Part shown: in pieces, positions 61,495 to 64,000 of the stretch
How the letters are laid out: each line of letters opens with the position of its first letter
Numbering within the stretch: the stretch's first letter is position 1
From: Mobula hypostoma
Taxonomy: Eukaryota
Length of the DNA: 64,000 bases
Assembly (NCBI RefSeq): GCF_963921235.1
Contig: NC_086100.1
Span: forward strand, 199,146,001 to 199,210,000
Direction of reading: 5' to 3'
The notes under the pieces: generated by a model
What the model saw: only the letters and a program-made list of their open reading frames with translations
What the model was told of the DNA's origin: nothing
Databases searched by the model: none
Program-made: the position numbers and the translations under genes

Positions 61495-62975
61495 AGCCAC
61501 CCGCCAGGATGTGCTGAATTGGACAACTGACTGCTGCACAGTGGCAGACAGGAAGGGTCTACAATGGGTAGTTAAAACTGCTCAACGCATCACCGGCACC
61601 AGCATATAATAATGGTGCATAAAGGCCAGTAACATCACGATGGTTCACACCAATCCTGTTTGTCCCATTCGCTTTAGGGAGGAGGCTACTTAGCATTCAC
61701 GCTAGGATCACCAGTCTCAAAGACAGTTACTTTTCCCTATCAGTAAGGGTGCCAACACCTCTACCCACTAACCTACCCCTCCACACCCCCAATCACCACT
61801 AGTTTATCATTTCCTGTCTGAATGACATTATGTTTAGACACTCCCATGTATAGCATCACTTTATGGACATACAATCAATGTACATCAGCTATCTCATTTT
61901 TAAAAAAATTTATTGTGTTTTTTTATTCTTGTGTTCTTCATCTTATTGAATTTGTTTTGAGCTGCATTGGATCTGGAGTAACAATTATCTTGTTCTCCTT
62001 TACGCTTGTGTACTGGAAATGATATTGAACAATCTTGGAACGTGGCTCCCGGGCTGGCACCCTGTCTACACCAGCTCCACAGTGCTGTTGCTCCATTTTG
62101 TGAATGGATCAAGAATTTGGTTTGGACTGCCACCCACTGTGGAATGCTCTAGTTCGGGTGTCAGGTGGGTACCTGGGTATTAGCTCTCCGGGACTCTGTC
62201 CGTACACCAGGTATGGCTTTGTGCATCCCATACAACCTGCCACGGGGCAACACTGTAGAAGGAAACGCAAAGATGGGTCGCCAGACTTCACGTGCACCAG
62301 GCCACGTGTTCTCTGTTGGAAAACTGTTATTTTCTTGATGGTTTAACAATTAATTGTCTGTTTGTATTTTATATAACTACTTGTATACATGTAACTGTTT
62401 AGTATGCTTCCTAGCGGGCACAGTATGTATATGCAGCTGTTCAGTCTGTCCCCCTAGTGATTAGATCTGTATATTTCTCCTATAGACGTACCATGGATAG
62501 TGCTCTGACGGGTATGGTATGGGTGGGGGGGTGGCTACTGCACAGGACCGAAAGAAGCTACAGAAAGTTGTAAAATAAGTCAGCTCCACCTTGGAGACTA
62601 GCCTCCACAGTATCTGAGACATCTTGAAGGAGTGGTGTCTCAAAAAGGTAATGTCCATTACCCAGGACATGTCCTCTTTTCACTGTTACTGTCAGGGAGG
62701 AGATACAGGAGCCTGAAGGCGCACACTCAGTGATTCAGGAGCAGCTTCTTCCCCTCCGCCATCCATTCCTAAATGGACACTGAACCCATGAACATTACCT
62801 CTCTTTTTTTCAATATTATTTCTGTTTTGGACTACTTTTGATCTAATTATTTAATATACATATAAACTTACTGTAATCTATTTTCTTCTTTGTTATTATA
62901 TATTGCACTGTACTGCTGATGCTAAATTATCAAATTCACCACACGTACCAGTGGTAATAAACCTGACTCTGATTC
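61495..62975 (+). mobile_element. Two L2/Rex-Babar-type LINE 3' fragments (~61495-62030, ~62490-62975)
   Basis: Homologous to 10378-10800 (GGGAGGAGATACAGGAGCCTGAAGGC...AGCTTCTTCCCCTC; AATAAACCTGACTCTGATTCT tail). Confidence 0.65.
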
Positions 62976-63319
62976 TGGAAACCTCTTGAAGGTTCTCTGG
63001 TGCTGCGTTATTTGAATAGAGCCTTTCTGATTGCTGACTCTTATCTGCAAATTTAAATGGAACGTTTCTTATCCACAGTACGTGTACAAATAGAGCAGAC
63101 CATGCAGTGGTGCCACTGTCTGATCTTTTTATCCTTCTCCCTTCATTAACTTGACCTCTATCACTGTCCATTTTCAACTTTCTTTGTTCTATTAATTCTG
63201 AACAAAATGATCGTTTTGTGCCTCTTTCCTGACTTCCAAAAGAAACTTGGATTAAAACATATGGAAATCCAACATTCCCAAGGTAACTAACTGCTACGGG
63301 ATCATTCTGGGAAGCTTAC

Positions 63320-63354
63320 CTCTCCTTAGGTGACTGGTCTTCCTTTCCTTGATT
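63320..63354 (-). CDS. Candidate ZNF638-like micro-exon (35 nt, phase 0-2)
   Basis: ttatgttgcag / gtaagc; NQGKEDQSPKE(S) gives the phase 2 needed by the 1057-nt exon; no homology support. Confidence 0.5.
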
Positions 63355-63627
63355 CTGCAACATAAGAACAAAGACTGCGTTAAGTTTTATCAATTTAAAC
63401 ACATGCACGACGGGAAGGAGCGGCTGGAAGACAGTTCAGATATCCTTGCATGCAGTACACTCCAATGAGAAAGGGTAGATTTACAGACAGGGAGAGACAC
63501 ACACAAGTGTGTGGGAGAGGGGGGAGGGGAAGAGGAGACAGGGAGAGAAGGGAGGGGGAGAGGGGTGAGGGAGGGGGGAGAGGAGAGAGGAAACAAATGC
63601 AGGTTTGACTGGGCAGTGATAACTTGG

Positions 63628-63915
63628 GCACAGCAGCACAGTTAGCACAATTGTTTTACAGTGCCAGATATTACTGATCAGAGTTTAATTTGCATTGCTG
63701 TCTGTGAGGAGCTTGAATGTTCTCCAAGTGACCACATGGGTTTCCTCCTACATTCCAAAGACGTACTGGTTAGGATTAGTGAGTTGTAGGTATGCCATGT
63801 TGATGCCGGAAGCTTGGCGACACTTGCAAGTTGCCTCCAGCATAATCCTCGTGATTTGATTTGATGCAGATGATGTATTTCACTGCATGCTTCAACGTAC
63901 AGCTGACAAATAAAA
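63628..63915 (+). mobile_element. V-SINE
   Basis: Homologous to 9890-10165 (V-domain and GACAAATAAA tail). Confidence 0.65.
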
Positions 63916-64000
63916 CCGCTCTTTGGAATAGTCCAATAATCTTCCCCTTACATTAAATTGTCTCACCTCTTAACACCAACAGGGAGATAGGGGAAGAGGT

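Noticed and set aside
63200..63310. Intronic snoRNA
   Set aside because: No convincing C/D or H/ACA box arrangement on the host strand
1..64000. CRISPR array, tRNA or rRNA genes, prokaryotic systems
   Set aside because: No regularly spaced repeats or full RNA genes seen; tRNA-like bits are SINE heads and the PBS

Overview
Repeat-dense vertebrate DNA, most likely a cartilaginous fish (inferred from the mix of CR1 LINEs, V-SINEs and Penelope-like elements; no taxonomic marker was checked). It holds the 3' ends of two convergent host genes. On + are the last six coding exons of ALMS1 (8134-36628), including the C-terminal ALMS motif. On - are the last seven or eight exons of a matrin-3-family zinc-finger gene, probably ZNF638 (63354/57920-37407). 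Exon phases chain without conflict in both genes. The stop codons are 778 bp apart and the poly(A) signals appear to interlock. The introns are mostly nested transposons: six copies of one young CR1 subfamily, many older CR1s, a hAT (Charlie/Buster-type) element, a Tigger/pogo element, a Tc1 element, an internally deleted Gypsy LTR element, Penelope-like fragments (one with an intact minimal hammerhead ribozyme motif), V-SINEs and L2/Rex-like tails. I found no convincing evidence of a wholly new biological system. The best leads are the intronic hammerhead motif, a ~1.24 kb CR1 inverted repeat with a gene-conversion-like signature, the shared bidirectional 3'-end element and a Penelope foldback hairpin. 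Family assignments come from recalled motifs, not database searches, and TE boundaries without a TSD are approximate.
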